DNA of 64,000 bases, taken from the NCBI GenBank assembly GCA_001689515.1, contig LUJR01000039.1:83544-147543 (forward strand). The letters run 5' to 3'. Shown here piece after piece: positions 41,407 to 49,828 of the stretch. The DNA comes from Bacteroidales bacterium M7. GTDB taxonomy: Bacteria > Bacteroidota > Bacteroidia > Bacteroidales > Muribaculaceae. The notes under the pieces were generated by a model that was not told where the DNA came from, did not search any database, and was given only the letters and a program-made list of their open reading frames with translations. Numbering within the stretch: position 1 is the first letter of the stretch; every line of letters begins with the position of its first letter. Made by a program: the position numbers and the translations under genes.

Positions 41407-43248
41407 ATGGCAGAAAGCAAAGAAAAATTATTTGAACAATTTCCTCCTATTTCTACCGCCGAATGGAAAGCTAAAGTCGAGACTGACCTTAAGGGCGCTC
41501 CGTTTGACAAGAAACTGGTATGGCGCACCAACGAGGGCTTCAATCTCCAGCCCATGTACCGCGCAGAGGACATTGCCGACCTCAAAACCACCGATGTACT
41601 CCCCGGTGAATTCCCCTACATCCGCGGCATACGCAACACCAACGACTGGCTCACCCGTCAGGAAATCATAGCTGACGATGCCGCCGCAGCTAACGCCAAA
41701 GCAGCCGAAGTGCTCACCAAGGGTGTCACTTCGCTCGGTTTCTCTGTCAAAGAACCTGCTGACGTTGCCATCCTCCTCAAGGGCATCGACCTCAAGAAAG
41801 TGGAAATCAACCTTACCTGCTGCCCCCGCAAGGCTGTAGCAGTTGCCACCGAGCTGGTTTCACTCATAAAGAAAGAAAACGCTGCTGACGAGTTCCGCGG
41901 CTCTATCAACTTCAACCCTCTCCGCCGTCCTCTCAACCACGGCACAGCTTTCCCTGGCGACATCGTCAAGGAAGCATCCGCCCTCATGGATGCTGTCAAA
42001 GATGTCCCCGCGCTCAAGGTGCTCGCCGTCAACTCTGACATGCTCAGCAATGCCGGCGCATACATCTACCAGGAACTCGGCTATGCTCTCTCTTGGGGCG
42101 CAATGTGGATGACCATGATGACCGATGCCGGCTACAGCGCCGACGAGGTGGCTCGCCGCATCAAATTCAACATGGGCGTAAGCTCCAATTACTTCATGGA
42201 ACTTGCAAAATTCCGTGCCGCCCGCATGCTCTGGGCACAGATTGTGGCACAGTACGGTGCAAGCGAGGAAGCAGCCAAGATGCACGTCCACGCCACTACC
42301 TCAAAATTCAACCAGACAATATATGATGCGCACGTCAACCTCCTCCGCAGCCAGACCGAAGCCATGTCAGCAGCACTTGCAGGTGTCGACTCCATCACAT
42401 CTACTCCGTTTGATACCCCATACAAGACCCCCGATGACTTCTCGGAGCGCATAGCCCGCAACCAGCAGTTCCTCCTCAAGGAAGAAAGCCATCTCGACAA
42501 GGTGGTAGACCCTGCCGGAGGTTCATATTATGTGGAGCACTTGACCGTAGCCATCGCCGAAGAGGCATGGAAACTGTTCCTGTCTGTTGACGAAAAGGGC
42601 GGATTCCTCAAGATGGTCAACGAAGGCGAAATCCAGAAAGCCGTCAACGAGTCAAATGCCAAGCGTCACACCGATGTGGCTCGCCGCAAGGAGATACTTC
42701 TCGGCACTAACCAGTTCCCCAACATCAACGAGACTGCCGCTCAGAAAATTGAAAACAGCGGATGCTCATGCGGCTGCCACCACGACGATGCCGCAGAAGC
42801 CGGCGAAGGTCTAAACAAGAGCCGTGCCGCCAGTGACTTCGAGCAGCTTCGTCTCTCTACCGAAGCCTCCTCACACCGTCCCAAGGTATTTATGCTCACC
42901 ATCGGCAACCTCGCCATGCGTCTTGCCCGCGCCCAGTTCTCCACCAACTTCTTCGGTTGTGCAGGCTACGAAATCATCGATAACCTCGGTTTTGATACCA
43001 TCGAGGCTGGCGTTGACGCTGCCATGGAAAAGGGTGCCGACGTAGTGGTACTCTGCTCAAGCGATGACGAATATGCCGAGCTGGCTCCCAAGGCGTTCAA
43101 GTATCTTGACGGCAGAGCCGAGTTTGTAGTGGCAGGCGCACCTGCTTGCATGGAACAGCTTCAGGCAGAGGGCATCAAGGACTTCATCCATGTGCGCTGC
43201 AACGTGCTTGACACTCTCCGTGACTTCAATTCCCGTCTTCTTAAGTAA
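41407..43248 (+). CDS. mutA: Methylmalonyl-CoA mutase small (beta) subunit
   Basis: 613 aa starting at MAESKEKLF. Mutase fold without the DxHxxG B12 motif. Directly upstream of the large subunit. The track's upstream start at 41329 was rejected. Confidence 0.9.
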   Translation: MAESKEKLFEQFPPISTAEWKAKVETDLKGAPFDKKLVWRTNEGFNLQPMYRAEDIADLKTTDVLPGEFPYIRGIRNTNDWLTRQEIIADDAAAANAKAAEVLTKGVTSLGFSVKEPADVAILLKGIDLKKVEINLTCCPRKAVAVATELVSLIKKENAADEFRGSINFNPLRRPLNHGTAFPGDIVKEASALMDAVKDVPALKVLAVNSDMLSNAGAYIYQELGYALSWGAMWMTMMTDAGYSADEVARRIKFNMGVSSNYFMELAKFRAARMLWAQIVAQYGASEEAAKMHVHATTSKFNQTIYDAHVNLLRSQTEAMSAALAGVDSITSTPFDTPYKTPDDFSERIARNQQFLLKEESHLDKVVDPAGGSYYVEHLTVAIAEEAWKLFLSVDEKGGFLKMVNEGEIQKAVNESNAKRHTDVARRKEILLGTNQFPNINETAAQKIENSGCSCGCHHDDAAEAGEGLNKSRAASDFEQLRLSTEASSHRPKVFMLTIGNLAMRLARAQFSTNFFGCAGYEIIDNLGFDTIEAGVDAAMEKGADVVVLCSSDDEYAELAPKAFKYLDGRAEFVVAGAPACMEQLQAEGIKDFIHVRCNVLDTLRDFNSRLLK

Positions 43249-43277
43249 TAGCCTCTTTCCACTCAATTTATATATAG

Positions 43278-45419
43278 ATGAAACCCGATTTTAAAAATAT
43301 AAATATCACACAAGACGCTTTCGCCGCCCAGCATGCCGCCGTGGCAGCAAGCGCAGGTGAAGACTGGCTTACTCCGGAACTCATCCCTGTCAAGCCCGTA
43401 TATACCAAGAAAGACCTCGAGGGTCTCGAACACCTCAACTATGTGTCTGGTCTGCCCCCCTTCCTTCGTGGACCGTACAGTGCGATGTATCCTCTGCGTC
43501 CCTGGACCATCCGTCAGTACGCCGGATTCTCCACAGCAGCCGAGAGTAACGCATTCTACCGCCGTAACCTCGCCGCAGGTCAGAAGGGTCTGTCAGTGGC
43601 ATTTGACCTTGCAACACACCGCGGCTACGATGCCGACCACCAGCGTGTGGTAGGCGATGTCGGCAAGGCAGGTGTGTCAATCTGCTCGCTTGAGGATATG
43701 AAGGTGCTCTTTGACGGCATCCCCCTCAACAAGATGTCAGTGTCAATGACCATGAACGGTGCAGTGCTCCCCGTGCTTGCCTTCTATATCAACGCAGGTC
43801 TTGAGCAGGGTGCCAAACTCGATGAGATGGCTGGTACCATCCAGAACGACATCCTCAAGGAGTTCATGGTGCGTAACACCTACATATATCCCCCCGAATT
43901 CTCGATGCGCATCATCGCTGACATATTCGAGTACACCTCTCAGAATATGCCCAAATTCAACTCCATCTCCATCTCCGGCTACCACATGCAAGAGGCAGGT
44001 GCCACATGCGACATCGAGCTGGCTTACACCCTTGCCGACGGTCTTGAATACCTCCGCGCAGGTGTCAATGCAGGCATGGATATCGACGCGTTCGCTCCCC
44101 GTCTGTCGTTCTTCTGGGCTATCGGCATGAACTTCTTCATGGAGGTTGCCAAGATGCGCGCCGCCCGTATGCTTTGGGCTAAGATTGTCAAGCAGTTCAA
44201 CCCCAAGAACCCCAAATCGCTCGCTCTGCGCACACACTCGCAGACATCAGGATGGTCACTCACCGAGCAGGATCCATTCAACAACGTCGGTCGTACATGT
44301 ATCGAGGCTATGGGCGCCGCCCTCGGTCACACCCAGTCGCTCCACACCAACGCGCTCGACGAGGCTATCGCCCTCCCCACCGACTTCTCGGCACGTATCG
44401 CACGTAACACCCAGATCTACATCCAGGAGGAGACCATGATCACCAAGCAGGTTGATCCCTGGGCTGGATCATACTACGTGGAAGCCCTCACCAACGAGAT
44501 AGCTCACCGCGCATGGGAACACATCCAGGAAATCGAGAAACTCGGCGGCATGGCAAAAGCTATCGAGACAGGTCTGCCCAAGCTCCGCATCGAGGAGGCT
44601 GCAGCCCGCACACAGGCTCGCATCGACTCAGGCAAGCAGACCATCGTTGGCATCAACAAGTATCGTCTTGACCATGAAGACCCCATCGACATCCTCGAAA
44701 TCGACAACACCCAGGTGCGCACCGAGCAGATCGAGCGTCTCAACGATGTCAAGGCTCACCGTGACGAGGAAGCTGTCAAGAAAGCCCTTGCCGACATCAC
44801 AGAGTGTGTCCGTACCAAGAAGGGCAATCTCCTTGATCTCGCCGTCAAGGCTGCCGGACTACGCGCCACCCTCGGAGAGATTTCAGATGCCTGCGAAGAG
44901 GTCGTAGGCCGTTATAAAGCAGTAATCAGAACTATTTCAGGCGTGTACTCAGCAGAAACCAAGTCTGACCCTGACTTTGTGAAGGCTCAGCAGATGTGTG
45001 AAGATTTCGCCAAGCGCGAAGGTCGTCAACCCCGTATCATGATCGCAAAGATGGGTCAGGACGGACATGACCGCGGTGCAAAGGTAGTAGCGACAGGCTA
45101 CGCCGACTGCGGATTTGACGTGGATATGGGTCCCCTGTTCCAGACCCCTGCCGAAGCAGCCCGTCAGGCTGTCGAAAACGACGTGCATATCCTCGGCGTG
45201 TCATCACTTGCCGCAGGTCACAAGACTCTCATACCCCAGGTAATCGAAGAGCTTAAGAAACTCGGCAGAGAGGACATCCTCGTGACTGCCGGAGGCGTAA
45301 TCCCCGCTCAGGACTACGATTTCCTATACAAAGCCGGCGTAGCAGCCATCTTCGGTCCTGGCACACGCATCCCCGCAAGTGCCATCAAGATGCTCGAAAT
45401 CCTCAACAACGAGGAATAA
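43278..45419 (+). CDS. mutB: Methylmalonyl-CoA mutase large (alpha) subunit
   Basis: 713 aa with conserved RIARNTQ and a C-terminal B12-binding motif [10 protein letters not shown]. Confidence 0.96.
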   Translation: MKPDFKNINITQDAFAAQHAAVAASAGEDWLTPELIPVKPVYTKKDLEGLEHLNYVSGLPPFLRGPYSAMYPLRPWTIRQYAGFSTAAESNAFYRRNLAAGQKGLSVAFDLATHRGYDADHQRVVGDVGKAGVSICSLEDMKVLFDGIPLNKMSVSMTMNGAVLPVLAFYINAGLEQGAKLDEMAGTIQNDILKEFMVRNTYIYPPEFSMRIIADIFEYTSQNMPKFNSISISGYHMQEAGATCDIELAYTLADGLEYLRAGVNAGMDIDAFAPRLSFFWAIGMNFFMEVAKMRAARMLWAKIVKQFNPKNPKSLALRTHSQTSGWSLTEQDPFNNVGRTCIEAMGAALGHTQSLHTNALDEAIALPTDFSARIARNTQIYIQEETMITKQVDPWAGSYYVEALTNEIAHRAWEHIQEIEKLGGMAKAIETGLPKLRIEEAAARTQARIDSGKQTIVGINKYRLDHEDPIDILEIDNTQVRTEQIERLNDVKAHRDEEAVKKALADITECVRTKKGNLLDLAVKAAGLRATLGEISDACEEVVGRYKAVIRTISGVYSAETKSDPDFVKAQQMCEDFAKREGRQPRIMIAKMGQDGHDRGAKVVATGYADCGFDVDMGPLFQTPAEAARQAVENDVHILGVSSLAAGHKTLIPQVIEELKKLGREDILVTAGGVIPAQDYDFLYKAGVAAIFGPGTRIPASAIKMLEILNNEE

Positions 45420-45448
45420 TCCGAGCCATCCCGTATAATACTACCCAG

Positions 45449-45483
45449 CGAGGGCAGCCTTGGCGGCTGCCCTCGTTTTTTTT
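45449..45483 (+). terminator. Intrinsic terminator after mutB
   Basis: 11-bp GC-rich stem cgagggcagcc / ggctgccctcg followed by T8. Confidence 0.85.
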
Positions 45484-45529
45484 ATCCTCGTGCTCACCAC
45501 TTGTGGCGAGAATCACTAACTTTGCCCCC

Positions 45530-46657
45530 ATGAACACCCACCGCAACGACCGCATAGCCATAGTCAAAGGCATCGCCATCATTCTCATGGTCATAGGCCA
45601 CGCCGAAGCCTACAGCATCATCACCAATTTCATCTACCTGTTCCATATGCCGGTATTCTTCATCGCAGCAGGATATTTCTTCAAGGAAGCAAATCTCACC
45701 GACCCATACGGTTATGTCAAACGCCGCGCCAAAGGGCTTTATCTGCCGTTCGTCAAGTGGGCATTGTTCTTCCTCGTAATTCATAACCTGATGTTTTCGC
45801 TCGGCATCCTCAACGAGGAGTACGGCAACGTGCAAGGAGGAGTCACCCATCCCTACACCCTCTCGCAATTCGTCCAACGGTTCTTCCTCATCATATTTTC
45901 CATGGGTGGATATGACGAATTTCTGGCAGGGGCATTCTGGTTCTTCAGGGCACTCCTCATCGTATCCGTGCTCTATATGGTATTGGTGAAATTCATCAGA
46001 CATTTCTTCCCGCGCCTGTCATTAGCATGGGTGTCTGCCATCATCGGAGCTGCCGCGCTATCCTTCGCCTTGATTAAAATCAGTACAGGGCTGCGCATAC
46101 CCACCGTGGTCCAGGGTGGCATACGTGAGACATGGGGACTGTTTTTCTTCAGTATGGGTCCAGTCATCCACAGTCTATTGTCCCGCTATTCACTCAAGGC
46201 ATGGCAAATTGCCATACTCATCGGATTCCTGTGCATAGGTGCGCACCTCCACTGGAAAGGCATGAATCTCACGCCTCAGATGATTGATGTGCTCACCCTA
46301 CCCCTCACAGGCTTGGCTGGATTCATCGTACTTGACCGCATAGCCCTCTGGCTGACCAACACCGACTGCATCGCCCGACGCTTCCTCACCTACTGTGGAG
46401 CCATGACCCTCTACATCTACGTATTCCACATCATAGCCTTCAAAGCCGTAAGCCTCGTAAAAATATGGTGGTTTTCCCTCGACCCCGCACAGATAGGCTG
46501 CCATATGGTCATCCACGATTACGCCCCTGACGACTGCTTCTGGATTCTCTACAGCATCGCTGGCGTCGCCCTCCCCCTCGCTGGCATCTACAGCTACAAC
46601 AAAATCCGCGACTACATCCACACATCAGCCATACCCTCCGCCACCGAAACCACCTAA
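45530..46657 (+). CDS. Acyltransferase family 3 membrane protein
   Basis: Polytopic, with an N-terminal RNDRIAIVKGIAIILMVIGH motif typical of acyltransferase_3. ATG at 45530 is preferred over the GTG at 45503. Confidence 0.8.
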   Translation: MNTHRNDRIAIVKGIAIILMVIGHAEAYSIITNFIYLFHMPVFFIAAGYFFKEANLTDPYGYVKRRAKGLYLPFVKWALFFLVIHNLMFSLGILNEEYGNVQGGVTHPYTLSQFVQRFFLIIFSMGGYDEFLAGAFWFFRALLIVSVLYMVLVKFIRHFFPRLSLAWVSAIIGAAALSFALIKISTGLRIPTVVQGGIRETWGLFFFSMGPVIHSLLSRYSLKAWQIAILIGFLCIGAHLHWKGMNLTPQMIDVLTLPLTGLAGFIVLDRIALWLTNTDCIARRFLTYCGAMTLYIYVFHIIAFKAVSLVKIWWFSLDPAQIGCHMVIHDYAPDDCFWILYSIAGVALPLAGIYSYNKIRDYIHTSAIPSATETT

Positions 46658-46735
46658 CCCCCAGACCAGACACGATTTTTCGCAGAAAAATCAAAAATTT
46701 CTCATTGAAAATTTGGATTATATCCAAAAATCCTC

Positions 46736-46743
46736 TACCTTTG
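46736..46743 (+). promoter_or_regulatory. Candidate -7 box (TACCTTTG) with a -33 TTTG (46712-46715) for tRNA-Ser
   Basis: TAnnTTTG lies 21 nt upstream of the tRNA 5' end. TTTG lies 20 nt further upstream. Confidence 0.55.
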
Positions 46744-46763
46744 CACACGCAAACCACAAGCAA

Positions 46764-46851
<88 letters not shown>

Positions 46852-46855
46852 ACAG

Positions 46856-46895
46856 CCGCCTAACTTGTTCATTATAAGCAAGTTAGGCGGTTTTT
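46856..46895 (+). terminator. Intrinsic terminator immediately after tRNA-Ser
   Basis: 12-bp perfect stem ccgcctaacttg / caagttaggcgg followed by T5. Confidence 0.75.
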
Positions 46896-46993
46896 CTGAG
46901 TAAGCACTCAGACGAAATACAGACGGTCGGAGGACTGATGATTAACGTTTGCATTTTTAGCCTTGGGACACCTCGCGTTAAAAATGTAAAAAA

Positions 46994-48184
46994 ATGTTGC
47001 CAGACAAGAACTCGCTCGCCCGCGTAATGGGCTACACGGTGCCGGTGCTCCACCGTGGCAAAACATGGTATGTGGATTTCTATGCCTTTGATCCTGCCAC
47101 AGGAGAGATGCGCCGCAAGAAGTACCACATAGACAGCATCAAGGGGATTACAGCCAAGAAACAGCGCGGTGCAGAGATATGCGCCGCGCTGATGCAGAAA
47201 CTCCGTGGCGGATGGAATCCGTGGGCACAGGAGGGTTGCAGCCGCAGCTATGCGCGGTTTGCCGATGTGGTAGACCGCTACCTCCAGTCTATTGAGAAGA
47301 CTTCACGCCGCAAAACCTACCTGTCATATTCATCACGCGCCAACATGCTCATCCGCTACATTGAGACGATGACCGTCCCGATCATGTATGCCTACCAGTT
47401 TGACTCGGCTCTGATTGTGGATTTCTTGGACTGGCTCTACCTTGACCGCGAGGTGACGGCACGGACACGCAACAACTATCGCGGATGGTGCTCGTCACTC
47501 GGAGCATGGATGGCGCAGCGCAAATACGTACAGTCCAATCCCGCCGAGGGGATCGCCAACATATCCGAGACAGCCAAGATACGCACAGACCTCACCGCCG
47601 GGCAGCTTCGACAGATGAAGGATGAGCTTGAGGCTGACGAGCCCCACTACCTGCTGGCGTGTATGATGGAATACTACACCTTCATCCGCCCCACCGAGCT
47701 TAGCCACCTCAGAATCCAGGACATAGATGTGAAAAACATGCGCATATTCGTCCCTGCTGCCGTCAGCAAAAACAAGCGTGACGGATATGTGGCGATGAAC
47801 CGCATACTGCTCGGCTTGATGCTGCGCCTCAAGATATTCAGCCATCCGTCACACTATTATCTGTTTTCCGAAAATTTCCACCCCGGGGAGGTGCGGAGGG
47901 GTCCGGACGTGTTTAACAAACGCTGGAAGAAACTGCGCAAGGCTCTCAAGTGGCCCGACTCGCTGCAATTCTACTCGCTCAAGGACTCGGGCATACGCGA
48001 CCTTGCCAACGCCGAGGGCATAGTGACCGCCCGTGACCAGGCGCGGCATACCGACGTAGCCACCACAAACAAGTATCTCACCCACGGAGGCATCCACGTG
48101 CATCAGGAGGTCAAGGCATTTGAGGGGGCGTTTGGAGCAGAAGAAAGCCGGGAATCCTCACGGACACCCGGCTCGCCAATGTAA
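46994..48184 (+). CDS. Tyrosine-type site-specific integrase
   Basis: 396 aa with a C-terminal catalytic region (RPTEL, ARHTDVATTNKYLTH with the catalytic Tyr) and an N-terminal arm/SAM-like domain typical of Bacteroidales phage integrases. Confidence 0.9.
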   Translation: MLPDKNSLARVMGYTVPVLHRGKTWYVDFYAFDPATGEMRRKKYHIDSIKGITAKKQRGAEICAALMQKLRGGWNPWAQEGCSRSYARFADVVDRYLQSIEKTSRRKTYLSYSSRANMLIRYIETMTVPIMYAYQFDSALIVDFLDWLYLDREVTARTRNNYRGWCSSLGAWMAQRKYVQSNPAEGIANISETAKIRTDLTAGQLRQMKDELEADEPHYLLACMMEYYTFIRPTELSHLRIQDIDVKNMRIFVPAAVSKNKRDGYVAMNRILLGLMLRLKIFSHPSHYYLFSENFHPGEVRRGPDVFNKRWKKLRKALKWPDSLQFYSLKDSGIRDLANAEGIVTARDQARHTDVATTNKYLTHGGIHVHQEVKAFEGAFGAEESRESSRTPGSPM

Positions 48185-48203
48185 AATAAAATGTTGTGTA
48201 CGT
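48148..48203 (-). terminator. Conserved 3' UTR plus terminator hairpin of cassette Y (embedded in the integrase 3' end)
   Basis: Minus strand, after the stop at 48204: acacaacattttattttacatt, then the hairpin CCGGG..TCC gtga GGA..CCCGG (48148-48171), then CTTTCTTCT. Homologous to 62535-62601. Confidence 0.55.
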
Positions 48204-48413
48204 TTAGCTCTGGGGAGTGTCATCTACCAGTCGCGGACTCATGGCGATAATGAGATTTCCGAGAGTTGCGAGAGAGTCTTTCAGAGTTTCAAACCCGATC
48301 TCGTCCAATTCTTCCATCAAGTTGCAGTATAGATAGACAAGTGCTTCACGCACCTGTGCCGGCTCCATTGCGTGCTTCTCGAGGTCAATGACATTGTCGT
48401 ATTCGGCTCTCAT
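48204..48413 (-). CDS. Acidic 69-aa protein, paralog of the 71-aa protein at 62602-62817
   Basis: The ATG at 48413 overlaps the upstream stop (ATGA). AAAGGAGG lies 6 nt upstream. 15 of 39 residues are identical to the 71-aa protein in an ungapped core, aligned by eye. Confidence 0.7.
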   Translation of the reverse strand: MRAEYDNVIDLEKHAMEPAQVREALVYLYCNLMEELDEIGFETLKDSLATLGNLIIAMSPRLVDDTPQS

Positions 48414-48631
48414 AGCTTGCCTCCTTTCGCGCTGTCGGCGGGTTCGGGGATGTGGATGGTGACCGTGCCGCCGTAGATGTTGAAGATGATGTGGCCGTCG
48501 GCGCGTACCGTCGTTGCCACCGTGTCCATTTCCTCGCGGATGGTCTCGCCCAGCTCTATCATCAGGGCTGCCACCTTCGCCGAGGAACAGGAGCGCGTAC
48601 GCTCCGCTGCGTTGTTGTTTGTGTCTTGCAT
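48410..48631 (-). CDS. Hypothetical 73-aa protein (first gene of cassette Y)
   Basis: The ATG lies 2 nt after the conserved leader hairpin. Translationally coupled to the 69-aa gene. No homology was recognised. Confidence 0.6.
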   Translation of the reverse strand: MQDTNNNAAERTRSCSSAKVAALMIELGETIREEMDTVATTVRADGHIIFNIYGGTVTIHIPEPADSAKGGKL

Positions 48632-48777
48632 ATCGCTTGAGTGTTTGGCTTATAGACAGAAAAACGGCTGTCATATCCCGTTCGCCAAAACACTCAAGCG
48701 TCGCTCCGTGGAGCAAGTATTGATTGGATATAACAGCCGTATTGGCTTGTATGTAATCAGGGCATAAAAATAGCCCG
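48632..48777 (-). promoter_or_regulatory. Structured leader element, copy Y
   Basis: Contains the 14-mer CGGGCTATTTTTAT and an ACGGCTGT segment. The stem pairs 48634-48649 with 48684-48700. The loop motif is conserved relative to copy X at 63847-63989. Confidence 0.6.
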
Positions 48778-48849
48778 AAACATTGGATGTCCGAGCAATT
48801 GACCGATGCCCGACGGAAGCGTTAGACGCTCAGAGTATTTTGGCAATGG

Positions 48850-48879
48850 CAAAAGTAATGGAAATATTTGAGAAGCAAA
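48850..48879 (-). promoter_or_regulatory. Candidate promoter for cassette Y (-7 TACTTTTG, -33 TTTG)
   Basis: The reverse complement of 48850-48857 is TACTTTTG. TTTG (reverse complement of 48876-48879) lies 18 nt upstream of it. Confidence 0.5.
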
Positions 48880-48918
48880 ATATTTTTATTGATTTTAACA
48901 AAATAATTGCATGAATAT

Positions 48919-48949
48919 TTTGTGGATAATGATTTTATTCGTATCTTTG
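48919..48949 (+). promoter_or_regulatory. Candidate divergent promoter (-33 TTTG, -7 TATCTTTG)
   Basis: TTTG at 48919-48922 and TATCTTTG at 48942-48949, with 19-nt spacing, 46 nt upstream of the ATG at 48995. Confidence 0.5.
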
Positions 48950-48994
48950 TAGTGTAAGAAATCACTAACCCATTAAAGCAGAAAGGAGGTAAAT

Positions 48995-49120
48995 ATGAGA
49001 GACAGAATTAGAACGGTGGTTGCACTGATAGGACGATACTTGGACATAATCGAGACCCAGCGCAACCACCGTGTAGTAGCCGAAATCAGAGGCTTGCTAA
49101 ATGAGTTGCTTAATCTTTAA
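48995..49120 (+). CDS. Possible 41-aa peptide (MRDRIRTVVALIGRYLDIIETQRNHRVVAEIRGLLNELLNL)
   Basis: Below the ORF-track length cutoff. Perfect AAAGGAGG 5 nt upstream of the ATG. Followed by an 8-bp GC hairpin (49126-49148). Confidence 0.45.
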   Translation: MRDRIRTVVALIGRYLDIIETQRNHRVVAEIRGLLNELLNL

Positions 49121-49170
49121 CAAAAGCCCCCGGGTGACAGCCGGGGGCAAATTTACCAAATATATCCGAT

Positions 49171-49503
49171 ATGTACTTAGGAACACGCGAAATTTACGAT
49201 GCAGAGGGCAGCGAAGCCCGCAGAAAAGAATTGATCGCCACAAAGTGGGGCGCAGTTTCAAATGCCTTCATTGAGCTTGAGGGTTTGATCAACAAGACAC
49301 AGCTCGCCGATCAGTATTTCAACAAAAGCCAGGCGTGGCTCTCTCAGAGACTAAATGCCTGCATCTCACATAACAAAAAGACGACATTCACCAAGGAGCA
49401 GTATCACCAGTTGGCGGAAGCTTTCCGCCACATAGCAAAGCGTCTTGAGGCACATGCCGACGAGATAGACGCGGCAGCCCCCGACGGCTCAACAGACGAC
49501 TGA
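49171..49503 (+). CDS. Small phage protein, possibly DNA-binding (DUF5053-like, tentative)
   Basis: 110-aa ORF. The segment TQLADQYFNKSQAWLSQRLN resembles an HTH. The family name is from memory only. Confidence 0.6.
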   Translation: MYLGTREIYDAEGSEARRKELIATKWGAVSNAFIELEGLINKTQLADQYFNKSQAWLSQRLNACISHNKKTTFTKEQYHQLAEAFRHIAKRLEAHADEIDAAAPDGSTDD

Positions 49504-49529
49504 CCGCGCCCCATCAGCGCGGACACATC

Positions 49530-49570
49530 AACGCCCTGCCTCCCGACACACCGCGGATGCAGGGCGTTTT
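49530..49570. terminator. Terminator hairpin between convergent genes
   Basis: 10-bp stem aacgccctgc / gcagggcgtt, with a T-run at 49566-49570. Confidence 0.55.
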
Positions 49571-49573
49571 GCA

Positions 49574-49807
49574 TCATTCCGCCATTTCGGGCACTGCTGC
49601 CATATGTTCCGCTTCGGCGGCGAGGCGTTGCTGCTCCAGCCAGTCGGCGACGGCTGCATCGGTGACCTCGGAATAGTTGTCGGGCGAGTCGCCCTTGCCG
49701 AGGTAGGCGGTGGAGGTGGCTGTGGAAAGGTCGCCGTCGTAGACGATTTTATGTCCGGAGTCGGCAGTGAGCTTGCACATGCTGTTGGGAGTGATTGTCT
49801 GCTGCAT
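49574..49807 (-). CDS. Hypothetical 77-aa phage protein
   Basis: ORF directly downstream of the fibre-like gene on the same strand. No homology was recognised. Confidence 0.5.
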   Translation of the reverse strand: MQQTITPNSMCKLTADSGHKIVYDGDLSTATSTAYLGKGDSPDNYSEVTDAAVADWLEQQRLAAEAEHMAAVPEMAE

Positions 49808-49828
49808 GATGTGTATGGGGTTAAGGGG

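Noticed and set aside
46965-46999. The A-rich ATGTAAAAAAATGT motif upstream of and overlapping the integrase ATG, considered as an integrase arm-type binding site or att component.
   Set aside because: It matches only the first half of the 3' UTR module seen at 48178-48196 and 62573-62594 and lacks the hairpin. With three copies in different contexts, I cannot distinguish a functional site from a degenerate module copy. It is reported only as part of the 3'-module finding.
48204-48716. A 170-aa track ORF spanning the whole small-gene region next to the integrase.
   Set aside because: Its N-terminal 101 aa are an Arg/His/Gly/Pro-rich read-through (RRRPHHLQHLRRHGHHPHPRTRRQRERRQ) in the wrong frame across the 73-aa gene and the leader hairpin. 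An internal ATG at 48413 with a perfect SD and an ATGA overlap gives a sensible 69-aa product that has a paralog elsewhere in the element.
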